A DNA stretch of 64,000 nt from an uncultured delta proteobacterium (GTDB taxonomy: Bacteria; Desulfobacterota; WTBG01; CAIYCZ01). The translations under genes were made by a program, and so were the position numbers. Under the pieces are notes generated by a model. The model was given only the letters and a program-made list of their open reading frames with translations. It was not told the DNA's origin and made no database searches. The stretch is from assembly GCA_963803975.1 (NCBI GenBank), contig CAWDOY010000025.1:64001-128000 (forward strand), written 5' to 3'. Below are positions 21,956 through 33,700 of the stretch, piece by piece (within the stretch, counting starts at the first letter, position 1; each line of letters begins with the position of its first letter).

Positions 21956-22852
21956 CTATCGCTCTCTATACTGCGTACTGAGCACATAGCCGAACTTAAA
22001 CTGCTCATCTTCAAACAGCGCTTTAAGCCTGGCAGCGGACTCATCAATGAAAAACTCCCAGAGCGACGGCCGGCGCTTCTCCGGATACAGTACCCGCGGC
22101 TCTCCCTTGATGCCGCACAGCTGCGCGGCGGTGTCAAGTGCATCCTGAAAATTACCCAGCTGATCAACCAGTCCCAGCGTCTTTGCCTGCTCCCCGGAAA
22201 ATATGCGGCCATCAGCAATCTGAACAACCTTTTCCCTTGGGAGCTTTCTTCCCTTTGCCACTGCATCAATGAACTGATTGTGAACACTATCAATAACGCC
22301 CTGCAGCAGGGCCTGTTCTTCCGGAGACATGGTGCGCGTGGGAGAGAGGATATCCTTGTATTTGCCGCTCTTGATGATCACGCTTTTGAGTCCGATTTTC
22401 CCCAGCAGCTCTTCAATGTTGACAAATTCGATAATCACGCCGATGCTGCCGGTAATGGTTCCCGGATTGGCGACAATTTTATGGGCTGCGCAGGCGATAT
22501 AGTAGCCGCCGGAGGCTGCAACCGATTCCATGGAGGCAATAATCTTCTTTTTGTCGCGCATCTTCATGAGCTCTGAATAGATTTCCTGGGACGGTCCAAC
22601 ACCGCCTCCCGGTGAATTGATGCGCAGCAGCAGCGCCTTGATGCTGTCATCTTTTTTATAGCGGAGCAGCTTATCGACAACGGGTTTTGACTTTGTGATT
22701 ACCCCCTCAATCTCTATAACCGCTATATCATTCTGCCCTGTCAGCAGACGCTCGGTAAGCCCGAAACGCCCCAGAGCCCACAGGACGCAGAGAAACACAA
22801 CGCCAATACAGCACAGTGAGATGAAACCAATTAAGAATGGATGTCTTCGCAT
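21956..22852 (-). CDS. sppA: Signal peptide peptidase SppA (short form)
   Basis: LRINSPGG, AASGGYY+A, TITGSIGV, SGKYKD, ADGRIFSG.QA..LGL+D. Confidence 0.93.
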   Translation of the reverse strand: MRRHPFLIGFISLCCIGVVFLCVLWALGRFGLTERLLTGQNDIAVIEIEGVITKSKPVVDKLLRYKKDDSIKALLLRINSPGGGVGPSQEIYSELMKMRDKKKIIASMESVAASGGYYIACAAHKIVANPGTITGSIGVIIEFVNIEELLGKIGLKSVIIKSGKYKDILSPTRTMSPEEQALLQGVIDSVHNQFIDAVAKGRKLPREKVVQIADGRIFSGEQAKTLGLVDQLGNFQDALDTAAQLCGIKGEPRVLYPEKRRPSLWEFFIDESAARLKALFEDEQFKFGYVLSTQYRER

Positions 22853-22950
22853 AGAATAATCGGGGAAAGAGTCTGTGGAAAAAAGGTCAGGATACCGGCG
22901 GCACGCTGCCAGCGTTTTTCCCGCCGACAGCATGCCGCTGCTATATCTAG

Positions 22951-25001
22951 CTATTCCTGTTTGTCATCCTTTGCCGCGGCGTCATCCGCTACCGATGAGT
23001 CATCACCGGCAGACAGGGGTACGCTGTCAGCATCGGGGGCTGCTGTTTCCTTTATTTCACCGCTTGCCTCTTCTGCAGGCAGCTCATCTTTTTCCGCTAC
23101 CGATGAGTCATCACCGGCAGACAGTGGTACGCTGTCAGCATCGGGGGCTGCTGTTTCCTCTATTTCACCGCTTGCGTCCTCAGCAGGCAGTTCCTCTTTG
23201 TCCGCTTTCTGCTGCAGTCCTCCCTTCAGCACATCCCCGAGTGTCGTCGTTGCCGCCTGTTCCTCGCGCGCCATATATTCCTGGAGATCACGCTGATCTT
23301 CAACTTCTTTCAGATCCCGGATACTCAGGCCGATCTTGCGCCCGCGTTTATCAATGCTGATGATGAGAACTTCAAGCTCATCATTCACCTTGGCAAAATC
23401 TTTAAGGCTTTCGACCTTGTCCTTGCTGATTTCTGATACGTGGATCAGGCCCTCCACGCCTTTCTCGATCTCAAGGAAAATGCCGAAATCAGTCACATTG
23501 GTCACCACACCCTTGACTACCTGGCCGCGCCGGTATTTTTTGGGGACGCTCTCCCAGGGGTCAGGCTCAAGCTGTTTAATGCCCAGCGAGAAGCGCTCGT
23601 TTTCCTTGTCGATGCTGAGCACCACGGCTTTTACCATCTGCCCCTTTTTATATACCTCGACCGGATGCTTTATCTTCTGCGTCCATGATATGTCTGATAT
23701 ATGAACCAGGCCGTCAATGCCCTCATCAATGCCGATGAAGATACCAAAGTCAGTGACATTCTTAATTTTCCCTTCGATGACCGTCCCCTTGGGATACTTC
23801 TCCTCAATAAGAGACCAGGGGTTTGGCTCGGTCTGCTTCAGACCGAGAGAAATTCTCTTGCGCGCTACATCCAGGTCAAGCACCACCGCATCCACCATAT
23901 CTCCGATGGTAAGTATCTGGGAAGGATGTTTCACCTTTTTGGTCCAGGACATCTCCGAGATATGAATGAGCCCTTCTATCCCTTCTTCCAGTTCCACAAA
24001 AGCGCCGTAGTTGGTGATGTTTACCACCTTGCCGCTCACGCGCGTGTTCACAACATATTTTTTCTCAGCAACTCCCCACGGATCTTCCCTGATCTGCTTG
24101 TAGCCCAGTGAAACCCGCTGGTTCTGCTGATCATAGCTCAGCACCTTTACTTTTATTTTATCGCCGGTTGCGAACAGCTCACCGGGTGAATTGACACGGC
24201 CCCATGAAATATCGGTTATATGGAGCAGGCCGTCAATCCCTCCCAGGTCTATGAACACGCCGTAATCAGTGATATTCTTGATAACGCCATCAACGATCGC
24301 CCCCTCCTGCAGGTTTTTAATGGTTTCCGACCGCATGGCTTTCGCGCTCTTTCTCAAGTATCGCCCGGCGTGACAGCACCACATTTCCCCGCTTGCGATT
24401 ATATTTGAGAATTTTAAATTTTTGCGTCTCGACCGATGAATTTATCCAGGTTGCGCACCGGATGCAGATCCACCTGGGAGCCCGGCAGAAATGCCTTCAG
24501 GCCGATATCAACGGTCAGTCCGCCCTTGATGCGGGACAGTATCTTACCTTCTATCACGCTGTCCTGATCGCAGATTTCGCTGATGGTATCCCATACTCTC
24601 CTCTGGTCAGCCTTCTGCTTGGAAAGCACCATCATGCCGTTTTCATTTTCCCATTCCTCGACAAGAACGTCTATAACGTCGCCGGCCTTGACCGTCAAGC
24701 TGCCATCGATGTCATTGAATTCATAGATGGGGATTTGCCCTTCTGATTTATACCCCACATCAATCACGACATAGTCAGGAGTTATTTGCAGAACCTTTCC
24801 TGTGACCACCTCTCCATCCTGGATCGGCTTCAAGCTCTCTTCAAAGATCTTTTCAAAATTCTCCTCATCCAGCAGCTCCTCATCCAGCAGTAGTTCATCA
24901 TGCATCTCGTTCACTCCTTCGACCACGTTGGCACCTTCTGTTGTTGGTTGTTTTGGTTGTTTGGGTTGTTTTAGTTTTGTTGGTTTTGTTGGTTTGTCCA
25001 T
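22951..25001 (-). CDS. rpsA: 30S ribosomal protein S1 (indels near 24360-24430)
   Basis: Tandem S1 domains: DVGYKSEG, AFLPGSQVD, KNITDYGVFIDLGGIDGLLHITD, GLIHISEMSW; follows cmk. Confidence 0.97.
22985..23200. repeat. 2 x 108 bp tandem repeat in the rpsA 3' end
   Basis: Encodes K(E/D)ELPAE(D/E)ASGEI(E/K)ETAAPDADSVPLSAGDDSSVA twice. Confidence 0.9.
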
Positions 25002-25023
25002 GAATTTTTATACCTCTTTCTGT

Positions 25024-25710
25024 TTATTTATGGCACTGAAGAGCGCGTGCATCGATGCTGGAAAGCATTTCCTGCACAACCTCTTCAATTGTCATCGCGG
25101 TAGTATCTATTATGATTGCATCAGCTGCCGGCTTCAGCGGCGCCAGGGCTCTTGAACAATCATCCCGGTCGCGTTGAACCAGTTCTTCGTGTACTTTACT
25201 ATATGCCACTTTCAGTTTTTTTTCAATAAGTTCTTTATAGCGCCGCTGGCTGCGCACTTCTGCCTCCGCATCAAGATAGAATTTGAACCGGGCATAAGGA
25301 AAAATGACGGTACCGGCATCCCGGCCATCAACCACAATACGACCCTGCCTGCCGCAGTCACGCTGCATGCGCACCAGTTCACTGCGCACGCATTTCTCCG
25401 CTGATACGCGGGACGCAAGCATGCTTATCTCCGGTGTTCTTATCGCATCGGTAACATCACCGTCGCCGGAGTACACGCGCATGCCGCCGTTATGCTTGAA
25501 CGCAATGGTGATGGTTGCACACAGGCTGCTGAGTGCTGCGCTGTCATCAGGGTTAATGCCGCGGCGGATGGTCTCAAGGGCAACAACCCGGTACATGGCA
25601 CCGGTATCAAGATAGGTGAAGCCGATGCGCCCGGCAAGCAGCTTTCCAACCGTGCTTTTCCCGGACCCGGTGGGGCCGTCAATTGTTACGATATTGTCCT
25701 GGTCCATCAT
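25024..25710 (-). CDS. cmk: Cytidylate kinase
   Basis: TIDGPTGSGKST, YLDTGAMYR, V+DGRDAGTVIFP, RD..D..R..APL. Confidence 0.97.
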   Translation of the reverse strand: MMDQDNIVTIDGPTGSGKSTVGKLLAGRIGFTYLDTGAMYRVVALETIRRGINPDDSAALSSLCATITIAFKHNGGMRVYSGDGDVTDAIRTPEISMLASRVSAEKCVRSELVRMQRDCGRQGRIVVDGRDAGTVIFPYARFKFYLDAEAEVRSQRRYKELIEKKLKVAYSKVHEELVQRDRDDCSRALAPLKPAADAIIIDTTAMTIEEVVQEMLSSIDARALQCHK

Positions 25711-25712
25711 AA

Positions 25713-25819
25713 TAAGTGAAAAGTGGAAGGTGAAAAGTGAAATTCTTCTGATTTACCTCAGTTCACCTTTTCACGCTTTTTATCTCTTTACCTTTGTGCC
25801 TCTGTGCCTGGTCTGCCTG
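25713..25819. repeat. Mosaic 7/8-mer array, partly palindromic
   Basis: (AAGTGAA)n ... (TTCACCT/TTTCACG) ... (CTTTGTGC/CTCTGTGC). Confidence 0.75.
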
Positions 25820-27120
25820 TTACCGCATAAGCGACTGCAGGCAATTCATGAAACCGGGGAATGACGTTTTGATGCAGGCACAGTCTTCAACGCGTGTTTC
25901 CCCCTGCGCAGCCAGTCCCGCGACTGCCATGGACATGGCCACCCGGTGATCGCCGTAGCTGGTGCAGACAGCAGCGCTCAAGCTCTCTTTGCCCCTGATG
26001 ATCATGCCGTCATCCTGCGCTTCTATATCAGCGCCCATTTTCTTCAGCTCCGTGCACATGGCTGCGATCCGGTCAGTTTCCTTAACCCGCAGCTCCCGTG
26101 CATCCCGTATTATGGTCGTTCCTTCAGCATAGGCAGCAGCAACAGCCAGTATCGGAAGCTCATCAATAGTCCGGGGAATAATCGCACCATTGATAGTGAC
26201 CCCCGTAAGCCTGCCGGCCCTGACTCGAATATCTGCGACCGGCTCCCCGCTCATCTCCCGCTTATTGAGCAGTTCAATGCGTGCTCCCATGTTCTGCAGT
26301 ATTTCCAGAAAACCGGTCCTGGTCGGGTTCACCCCGACGCTGCGCACCAGCACCTCTGCATCATGCGACCAGAAGCCCGGCCACAATAAGAAATGCCGCT
26401 GATGACGGGTCACCGGGAACCTCGATATAGATCGCCGTTCAGTTCGCTGCCGCCGGTAACGGCAATCCCCGTGCCGCTGACCTGCGAGCGGAGCGCCCAG
26501 ATACCGGAGCATGCGCTCCGTGTGATCCCGGGACGGTACCGGCTCCTGCACCATCGTTGTGCCGTCAGCATAAAAACCGGCGAGCAGTATCGCGGTCTTT
26601 ACCTGGGCGCTTGCAACCGGCAGATGCAAAGCGCGCTGCCTGCAGCTTCCCGCCCTGTATGGCAAGGGGCGCGTAATTGCCGTCATCCCTGCCGCTGATC
26701 CGGGCGCCCATTTCCCGGAGAGGCGTCACCACCCGCTTCATGGGCCGGGCATTGAGGGACGCATCGCCTGAGAGCACTGAAAAAAACGGCTGGCCGGAGA
26801 GTACCCCTGTCATGAGCCTCATGGTGGTGCCGGAATTGCCCGCGTACAAAATGGAGCCGGGCTCCTGCAGTCCATGCAGACCTTTGCCGTGAAGCAGATA
26901 CTCAGCAGGGCCTCTTTTTTTTATACTGACACCAAGCTGCTGGAATATTTTTACGGTGCGCCGGTTGTCCTCTCCTGAAGACAGGCCCTTAACCATGACC
27001 TTTCCCTGCGCCAGCGAGCCCAGGATTATGGCCCGGTGGGAAATTGACTTATCCCCGGGAACCGTCACCTCGCCGTGGAGCTGTTCTGGTTTCGTGAACA
27101 ACAATGCTATCTGAGGACAT
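25820..27120 (-). CDS. aroA: EPSP synthase (3-phosphoshikimate 1-carboxyvinyltransferase); indels
   Basis: PGDKSISHRA, GNSGTT.RL, ASAQVK, SRDHTERML, IDELP, ELRVKETDRI, GDHR+AM, TSFPGF. Confidence 0.96.
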
Positions 27121-27179
27121 ATATTAAAAATCTGGAACTCAGAAAATCAGGTTTATGTTTTTCGTAACCCATTACGCGG

Positions 27180-27350
27180 ATTTAGTGGCTCGGGGTTCGG
27201 GGTTAGTGAAACGTGACTATCTGAAAGGTCAAAAGGCTAAAAGGCCAAAAGGTTAATAGGCTAAAAGACTTAATACCTCTTTACCTATTTACCTATTCAC
27301 CTATTCACCCATTCACCGTCCCCTTGGACCCTCGAATCCTTGAACCCTGC
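27180..27350. repeat. Mosaic 7/8-mer tandem array
   Basis: (CGGGGTT)n + (AAAAGGCT)n + (ATTCACCT)n + (CCCTTGGA/CCCTCGAA/TCCTTGAA). Confidence 0.8.
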
Positions 27351-27353
27351 ATC

Positions 27354-28215
27354 TTAAATGCCCCTTCTCGTGTCCCGCGACTGCCTGAACAGGCCCTCAA
27401 GCCTGCTGCCATTGCTTTCCTGTATGGCATCTTTCAGCTCTCCGAGCGAGCGCAGGAAAAAATCTATGGTTGTGAGCAGGTTATCCCTGTTCATCAGGGC
27501 AATGTCCCGCCACATGACCGGATCACTTGCTGCTATGCGGGTAAAATCCCTGAAGCCGCCTGCTGAGTACTGGAGGATGTTCTGCTCAAAGTCCTTCATC
27601 TCGACCAGAGCATTGACCAGGGAAAAGGCAACCATGTGCGGCAGATGGCTGATGGCGGCGATAATTTTGTCATGCGTCTGCCACATCCATTACTACCACC
27701 CGGCTGCCGGCCGCGGTCCACAGGTTCTGAACAAGTTCCAGGGCGCGGGCATCGGTATTCCGGGTGGGCGTCAGTATGCAGACCCGGTTTTCAAACAGCC
27801 CGGCGCATGAGGCTTCATAGCCTGAATTTTCCGTACCCGCTATCGGGTGCCCGCCGATGAAAAGCAGCCCGTCCGGCATGCGCGACTCAAGCGCGGAAAC
27901 AATCGGCCCCTTCACGCTGCCCACATCAGTTATGACCGTTCCCTTGCGCAGATATGGCGCCAGCGCCAGGGCCTGCTCCGCAATCATGCCAACCGGCGTT
28001 GCGATGACCACGGCATCGACATCTGCAGTGCCGTCTTCAAAGCGCTCGTAACATGCATCTATCAGCCCGAGGTTCCGGGCCGCCGTAAGCCGCTCGATAT
28101 TGCGGCCATAGGCGCTGATTCTATGCGCGAGCTTTTTTTCTTTAACGTCGCGTGCCAAAGAGCCGCCGATGAGGCCGAGGCCGACAATTGCTATATGGTT
28201 AAAAATAACATTCAC
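27354..28215 (-). CDS. tyrA: Prephenate/arogenate dehydrogenase; indel near 27680
   Basis: GLGLIGGSLA, TDVGSVK, GGHPIAGTE.SG, HD...A.ISHLPH, GGFRDFTRIA.SDP.MWRDI. Confidence 0.95.
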
Positions 28216-28229
28216 GTGATTGATTTTTT

Positions 28230-29335
28230 CTATGCTTTATTAATGGGTTGCAGAACTTTTTTGAGAGACCTGATAAACCGCTCATTCTCCTCAGGAAGGC
28301 CAATGGTAACCCGCACGTAGTTATCCAGCCCGTAGCTTGCCATGGAGCGGATGATGACGCCTTCCCGGAGCAGTTTCTGATAGACATTTTCCGCCTTCGT
28401 CCCCAGGTTCACCAGCAGGAAATTGGTGTGCGTCGGGATATAGGCCAAGACCCATGCTCTTCAGCTCAGCGTATATATAGCTAAGGCCCGCCTGGTTATT
28501 GTCCTGTGAGCGCTCGACGTGCTGCTCTATCATCAAGCGCTGCCAGGGCTGCCACCTGCGCCAGATAATTCACATTAAACGGCACCCGCACCCGCTCCAG
28601 GTAATTGACCAGCTGGGCCGGACAGAGCGCATAGCCGATCCGTAAACCGGCCAGCCCGTATATTTTGGAGAAGGTGCGCAAAATAATAATGTTTCTTCCC
28701 TGCCGCAGGTATTCAAGTGAATCAGGATACGCCGGGCTCGCGACATATTCACCGTACGCCTCGTCCAGAACCACCAGCACGTCCCCGGGAACCCGCTGCA
28801 TAAATGTTCTCAAGGCATCCGCGTCCACCATGGTGCCGGTGGGGTTATTCGGATTGCTGATAAAAATTATTTTTGTTTTACCGGTAATCTGACCGGCCAT
28901 GGCCTCCAGGTCATAGGTAAAGTCTTTGAGCGGGACCTCTATCACCCGCGCGCCCCGGGCATTGCTCATGATGGGATAGAGGATGAACGTCTGCTCGGAG
29001 GTTATCACCTCTTCTGCCGGCGTGAGAAAGGCAAGCGCTATGAGCTGGATAATTTCATTGGAACCATGACCGAACAGCACCTGGGACTGCTCTATGCCGC
29101 AGTGCTGTGCCAGCTTTTCTCTGAGATAGTAACAGCCGTTGTCCGGATAGCGGTGTATGTCTGCCAGCGCTGCCTGCAGCGCCTGCAGCGCTTTGGGAGA
29201 CGGCCCCAGGGAGTTTTCATTTGAGGCAAGCTTAATGATTTCGTCTATGCCGAATTCGCGCTTCACTTCGTCAACAGGCTTGCCGGGCGGGTAGAGCGGC
29301 AGTTGTTCTATGTAATCCGGTACCAGCTTTTTCAT
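28230..29335 (-). CDS. hisC: Histidinol-phosphate aminotransferase; indels
   Basis: Y.PGKP, KLASNEN.LG, NPNNPTG, DEAY, RTFSKIYGLAGLRIGY, RVTIG..EEN. Confidence 0.95.
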
Positions 29336-30460
29336 CGCGTGCAATTTTTTTCCGGGGATTCGTCGTCCGTGCCGATGGTCTTTTTCTTTCCTTTCGGATA
29401 GGACCCCAGCACCTTCATAAACTGGGAGTTCCGGGTAACCATCTCCAGCGCCTTTTTTATATTCGCGTCTTCAATGTGTCCTTCAATATCGATAAAGAAA
29501 ATGTATTCCCAGGGCTTTTTTCTGAACGGCCGTGATTCTATCTTGGTCAGGTTGATACTGTTTTTAGCAAACGGATCAAGCATCTCAGAGAGGGCGCCAA
29601 TCCCGTCCCGGATTGAAAACATGAGTGATGTTTTATCATCACCGGTCCGGCCCGGCGATTGCTTGCCGATCACCCAGAACCTGGTGACATTCTGCGGGTT
29701 GTCTTCGATCTTTTTCTTCAGCACCGGTATCCCGTATATTTTGGCGGCAAACTCGCTGGCAATGGCGGCCGTTTGCTTCTCTTCCAACGCCAGCTTGGCA
29801 GCCATGGCCGTGCTGAATACTTCCTTCACCTCCGCATGGGCAAGATTTTTACTGAGCCAGCTGTAGCACTGGGCAAGTGCCTGGGGGTGTGAATAAACCG
29901 TGCGGACATCTTCCAAGACGGTCATGCTGGGACAGCAATGAGTGTGATATCTCAAGCATCACCTCAGCGCATATCTGCAGGGGTGACTCGATAAACATAT
30001 CAAGGGTCAGATTGACTACCCCTTCGGTTGAATTCTCAATCGGTACCACACCGTAGTCCGCACGCTCCCGCTCAACCTCGTCAAAAATATCAGCGACACT
30101 TTTTGTGTGTATGAATTGGGCGGCCTGCCCGAACTGCTGGATGGAGGCGATATGGGAAAACGTAGCATCCGGCCCGAGGCAGGCGACGTTCAGGCCCTTT
30201 TCCAGGGAGAGGCATGCTGACATGATCTCCCGAAAAATAGGGCGGATTGACAGCGAGGGGAACGGCCCCCTGTTTTTGCGCACCAGGCGCTGATATATCT
30301 CCTCCTCGCGCTCCAGCACATGAAACCTGCTCTTTTTTTCCTTCTTTATAGCGCCTACATCCATGACCAGCGCTGCCCGCTCGTTGAGGAGATCAAGAAG
30401 CCGGTTGTCCACTTCATCAATTTTTTCTCTTAATGCCTGGAGCTTTTCTTTTTTTTCCAC
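29332..30460 (-). CDS. pheA: Chorismate mutase / prephenate dehydratase; indel near 29940
   Basis: LR.KID..D..LL.LLNERA, YGVVPIENSTEG, SHPQALAQC, N.TRF, INLTKIESRP, LGSYP. Confidence 0.96.
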
Positions 30461-30845
30461 CAGTAGTCCTTTAGCAGAGTGTTACTGATTTGCATTATAC
30501 TCTGACTGCAGGGGATCAATGCACCTGCAACCCGTTGTTCGCTGCTGGTATCCGGATGTGATTAGAATCTTCTACTCACTGTTATAGGGATGTACGTGAC
30601 GTGTGGATAGGAAATCGTATCAGGAAGAGGGTTAGTGGTTACTAGTAAGAAACAAAGTACCCCTTGTTTATCCCTGTTGTTATTCTCCGTTAGTTTCGCT
30701 TAAGGCCAGTCCCCCTTTGCCAGAGAAAGTTTTGTTATCGTATATATAGTAAATTTCCAGCTCTAAAGCAACCCTTTTTTATGCCCGAATCCTGCGGATA
30801 AACGTTTTGTTTTTTTGCGGATTCAATGGTACTGTTCCGGTATCT

Positions 30846-31575
30846 ATGAAAGTAGCACTGCTATCTGATATCCACAGCAATCTGGAGGCATTCCAGGCTG
30901 TTCAGGCATCGCTTGCTGCGTACCAGGCAGAAGAGATTATCTTTCCTGGGTGACATTGTCGGCTACGGGGCTGACCCGAACGAGTGCATTGCATTGCTGC
31001 GCAACCTGGCCGACTGCAGTATCGCCGGCAATCACGATTTTGCCGCTGTCGGAAAAACCGATATCCAATATTTTAATCCCCTTGCCAGGGAAGCCATTGT
31101 CTGGACACAAAAGAAACTGGGCACGGAGAATGCCCGGTTTCTCTCTTCCCTGCCGCTCCATGCAGTACGGCACGGTTTTTTCTGTGTCCATTCCACACCG
31201 ATGCATCCGCAGCTTTGGGATTATATTGTAACGCTTAAAGATGCTGGCGTCAGTTTTGACAATTTTACCGGGCCGCTATGCTTTGTCGGCCACTCCCACC
31301 ATCCGGCCATCTTCATTGAGGACAGCAGCGGGGAACGTTCAGCAGCAGGGAACTCTGCCATTACCCTGGAAAATGATAACCGCTATATTATAAACATCGG
31401 CAGTGTCGGCCAGCCGCGGGACGGCAATCCCCTCGCCTCCTATGGTCTGTATGACACGGAAACAAAAAAGTATCGCCTCATCCGCGTCGCGTACGATATA
31501 GCTGCTGCCCAGCAGAAGATAGTTGATGCCGGACTGCCGTCGTTTCTGGCCGCACGTCTAGCGCTGGGCAGATGA
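30846..31575 (+). CDS. Calcineurin-like metallophosphoesterase; N-terminal indel
   Basis: SDIHSNLEA, LGDIVGYG, GNHD, GHSH, N.GSVGQPRDG. Confidence 0.92.
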
Positions 31576-31576
31576 T

Positions 31577-31658
31577 CAGGGATTCGTGGTTGGGGATTCG
31601 GGATCAGGGACACTACTTTCGTTTCACTTTTCACCTTTCACGTCTGCGTTCTCGCGGT
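31577..31658. repeat. Mosaic heptamer array
   Basis: (GGGATTC)n ... (TTTCACT/TTTCACC/TTTCACG) + CTGCGTTCTCGCGGTT. Confidence 0.7.
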
Positions 31659-32395
31659 TAATATTTTACTTTTTTCAAAAACAGCCCCTGGGGCGGGGCG
31701 GTTATCCCGGCACGCGTCCGGTCTTTCTGATTTAAAATATTTCTGAAATCATCTGCGCTTATTTTTCCTTTCCCCACGTCCACCAGTGTCCCCACGATAT
31801 TTCTCACCATGTGCTTCACAAAAGCACTGCCCGTAATTGAAAATAGTATAAGATGCTTTCTAATCTTTTTAAAATGAACGCTGTTCACTTCCCGCACCGC
31901 ATGCCCGTTTTCCCGGTCCGCTCCCTGGAATGACGCGAAATCCTGCATGCCCACCAGGCACCCGGCAGCCTGCCTCATTGCCGCAATATCAAGTGGTGAC
32001 GGTATGTGCCATGCGTAGCGCTGCAGGAACGCCGATTGCTGCGGGCAGTTCCATATGAGATACCAGTAGGTGCGGCTTCGGGCGTTAACGCGCGCGTGGA
32101 ATGAAAGATCGACTTCCGCAATATCTTTAATCACTATGTCAGCCGGTATCAGCCTGTTCAGCGCCGTGCGCAGCGCCTCTACATCCATGGAATTATCTGT
32201 TCTGAAATTTGCGACCTGCCCCAGGGCATGAACGCCGGCATCGGTTCTGCCCGAGCCATGCAGCGTGACCGGGCTGTTGAGCACCATGGAGATGGTGTCC
32301 CGCAGCACCTGCTGCACGGTCGGCGTTTCCCGCTGTATCTGCCAGCCGTAGTAACGGGTCCCGTCGTATGCAATGGTAATCTTAATATTGCGCAT
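31658..32395 (-). CDS. truA: tRNA pseudouridine(38-40) synthase
   Basis: YDGT.Y.GWQ, GSGRTDAGVHA.GQ, FHAR, F+.HMVR.IVG, TAPPQGL.L..V.Y. Confidence 0.97.
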   Translation of the reverse strand: MRNIKITIAYDGTRYYGWQIQRETPTVQQVLRDTISMVLNSPVTLHGSGRTDAGVHALGQVANFRTDNSMDVEALRTALNRLIPADIVIKDIAEVDLSFHARVNARSRTYWYLIWNCPQQSAFLQRYAWHIPSPLDIAAMRQAAGCLVGMQDFASFQGADRENGHAVREVNSVHFKKIRKHLILFSITGSAFVKHMVRNIVGTLVDVGKGKISADDFRNILNQKDRTRAGITAPPQGLFLKKVKY

Positions 32396-32429
32396 GTTAA
32401 TAGCTAAAAAGCTTTCAGCGGTCAGATTT

Positions 32430-32607
32430 AAACAGAGGACAGACAACAGACTTTCAGAAGACAGACTACAAGTGATTAGTGGCCCGTCGCTCGTGACTCG
32501 TGACTCGCACTCATCGCGTCTTTACTTCGTTCCGCAGTCTCTGCTGCCTTTGCCTTATGCCTCTGTGCCTTATCTTCCACTTTTCCCTTTCCACTTTTCC
32601 CGTTCCA
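32430..32607. repeat. Mosaic 7/8-mer array
   Basis: (CAGAGGA/CAGACAA)n + GATTAGTGGCCCGT + (CTCGTGA)n + (TGCCTT)n + (TTCCACT/TTCCCT)n. Confidence 0.75.
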
Positions 32608-32650
32608 TGCTAATTTATCATAACTATTTAAACTAAAGGAGGATTTTATT

Positions 32651-33523
32651 TTGCAGAAGCTGAAAATCGGCATACCCAAAGGAAGCCTGGAAAATGCGAC
32701 CATTGAACTGTTCAAAAAATCCGGCTGGAAAATAACTACCAGCTCCCGCAGCTATTTTCCCAGTATTGATGATGATGAGCTTACCTGCGTGCTGGTGCGC
32801 GCCCAGGAAATGCCGCGCTTTGTGGAAAACGGCAGCCTTGATGTCGCCCTCACCGGCAAGGACTGGATACTTGAGAACAACTCTATAGTGGAAGTGGTGT
32901 GTGACCTTATCTATTCCAAAACCACCGCACGGCCTGCCCGGTGGGTGCTGGTGGTGAAAGATGATTCGCCGATCAAACGGCTTGAAGATCTGGAAGGGAA
33001 AAAGATTTATACCGAGCTGGTCGGCTTTACCAGGAATTATTTCAGCTCAAGGAATATCAATGTTGAAGTTGAATTCTCATGGGGGGCAACTGAGGCCAAG
33101 GTGGTTGAGGGGCTTGCCGATGCAATTGTCGAAGTCACCGAGACCGGCAGCACCATCAAGGCCCACGGCTTGAAAATCCTCTATGATCTTCTGGAAACAA
33201 ACACCCAGCTCATTGCAAATAAAGAATCATGGCAGGACCCGTGGAAGAAAGAAAAAATCGAGCAGATCGCTCTTCTGCTCCAGGGGGCTTTGCGGGCAGA
33301 CGGCATGGTCGGCCTCAAGATGAACGTGCCCAAAGACAAGCTGGAAGCAATTGTCAAGCTGCTGCCGAGCATCACCGCGCCGACCATTTCCAACCTGTAT
33401 CAGTCTGATTGGTTCTCTGTTGAAACAGTCATCGCGGAAAAGCTCGTTCGCGAGCTCATGCCGAAGCTTTTGAAGACCGGCGCGGAAGGCATTATAGAAT
33501 ACAGCCTGAATAAGATTATTTGA
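32651..33523 (+). CDS. hisG: ATP phosphoribosyltransferase (long form)
   Basis: GIPKGSL, RAQEMPR+[22 protein letters not shown]-terminal LP...PT+..L...GAEGIIEY. Confidence 0.96.
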   Translation: MQKLKIGIPKGSLENATIELFKKSGWKITTSSRSYFPSIDDDELTCVLVRAQEMPRFVENGSLDVALTGKDWILENNSIVEVVCDLIYSKTTARPARWVLVVKDDSPIKRLEDLEGKKIYTELVGFTRNYFSSRNINVEVEFSWGATEAKVVEGLADAIVEVTETGSTIKAHGLKILYDLLETNTQLIANKESWQDPWKKEKIEQIALLLQGALRADGMVGLKMNVPKDKLEAIVKLLPSITAPTISNLYQSDWFSVETVIAEKLVRELMPKLLKTGAEGIIEYSLNKII

Positions 33524-33700
33524 AATAAAATGGATAAGAGCGTCCGAAAATTAACCTGCAAGATGCCGACCAGCACGATGTTGTCTACTGGAAATCACAA
33601 AGTCCAGAGGAGAAGCTTGATACAGTACAGTCACTCAGGAAATCTATTTGCGTATTCAAATGACCTGCCGCCCCATAAAACCTGACACCCAATGAATTGA

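Noticed and set aside
21843..27350. Short-repeat arrays as CRISPR
   Set aside because: Units are 7-8 nt with no unique spacers, and no cas genes are present.
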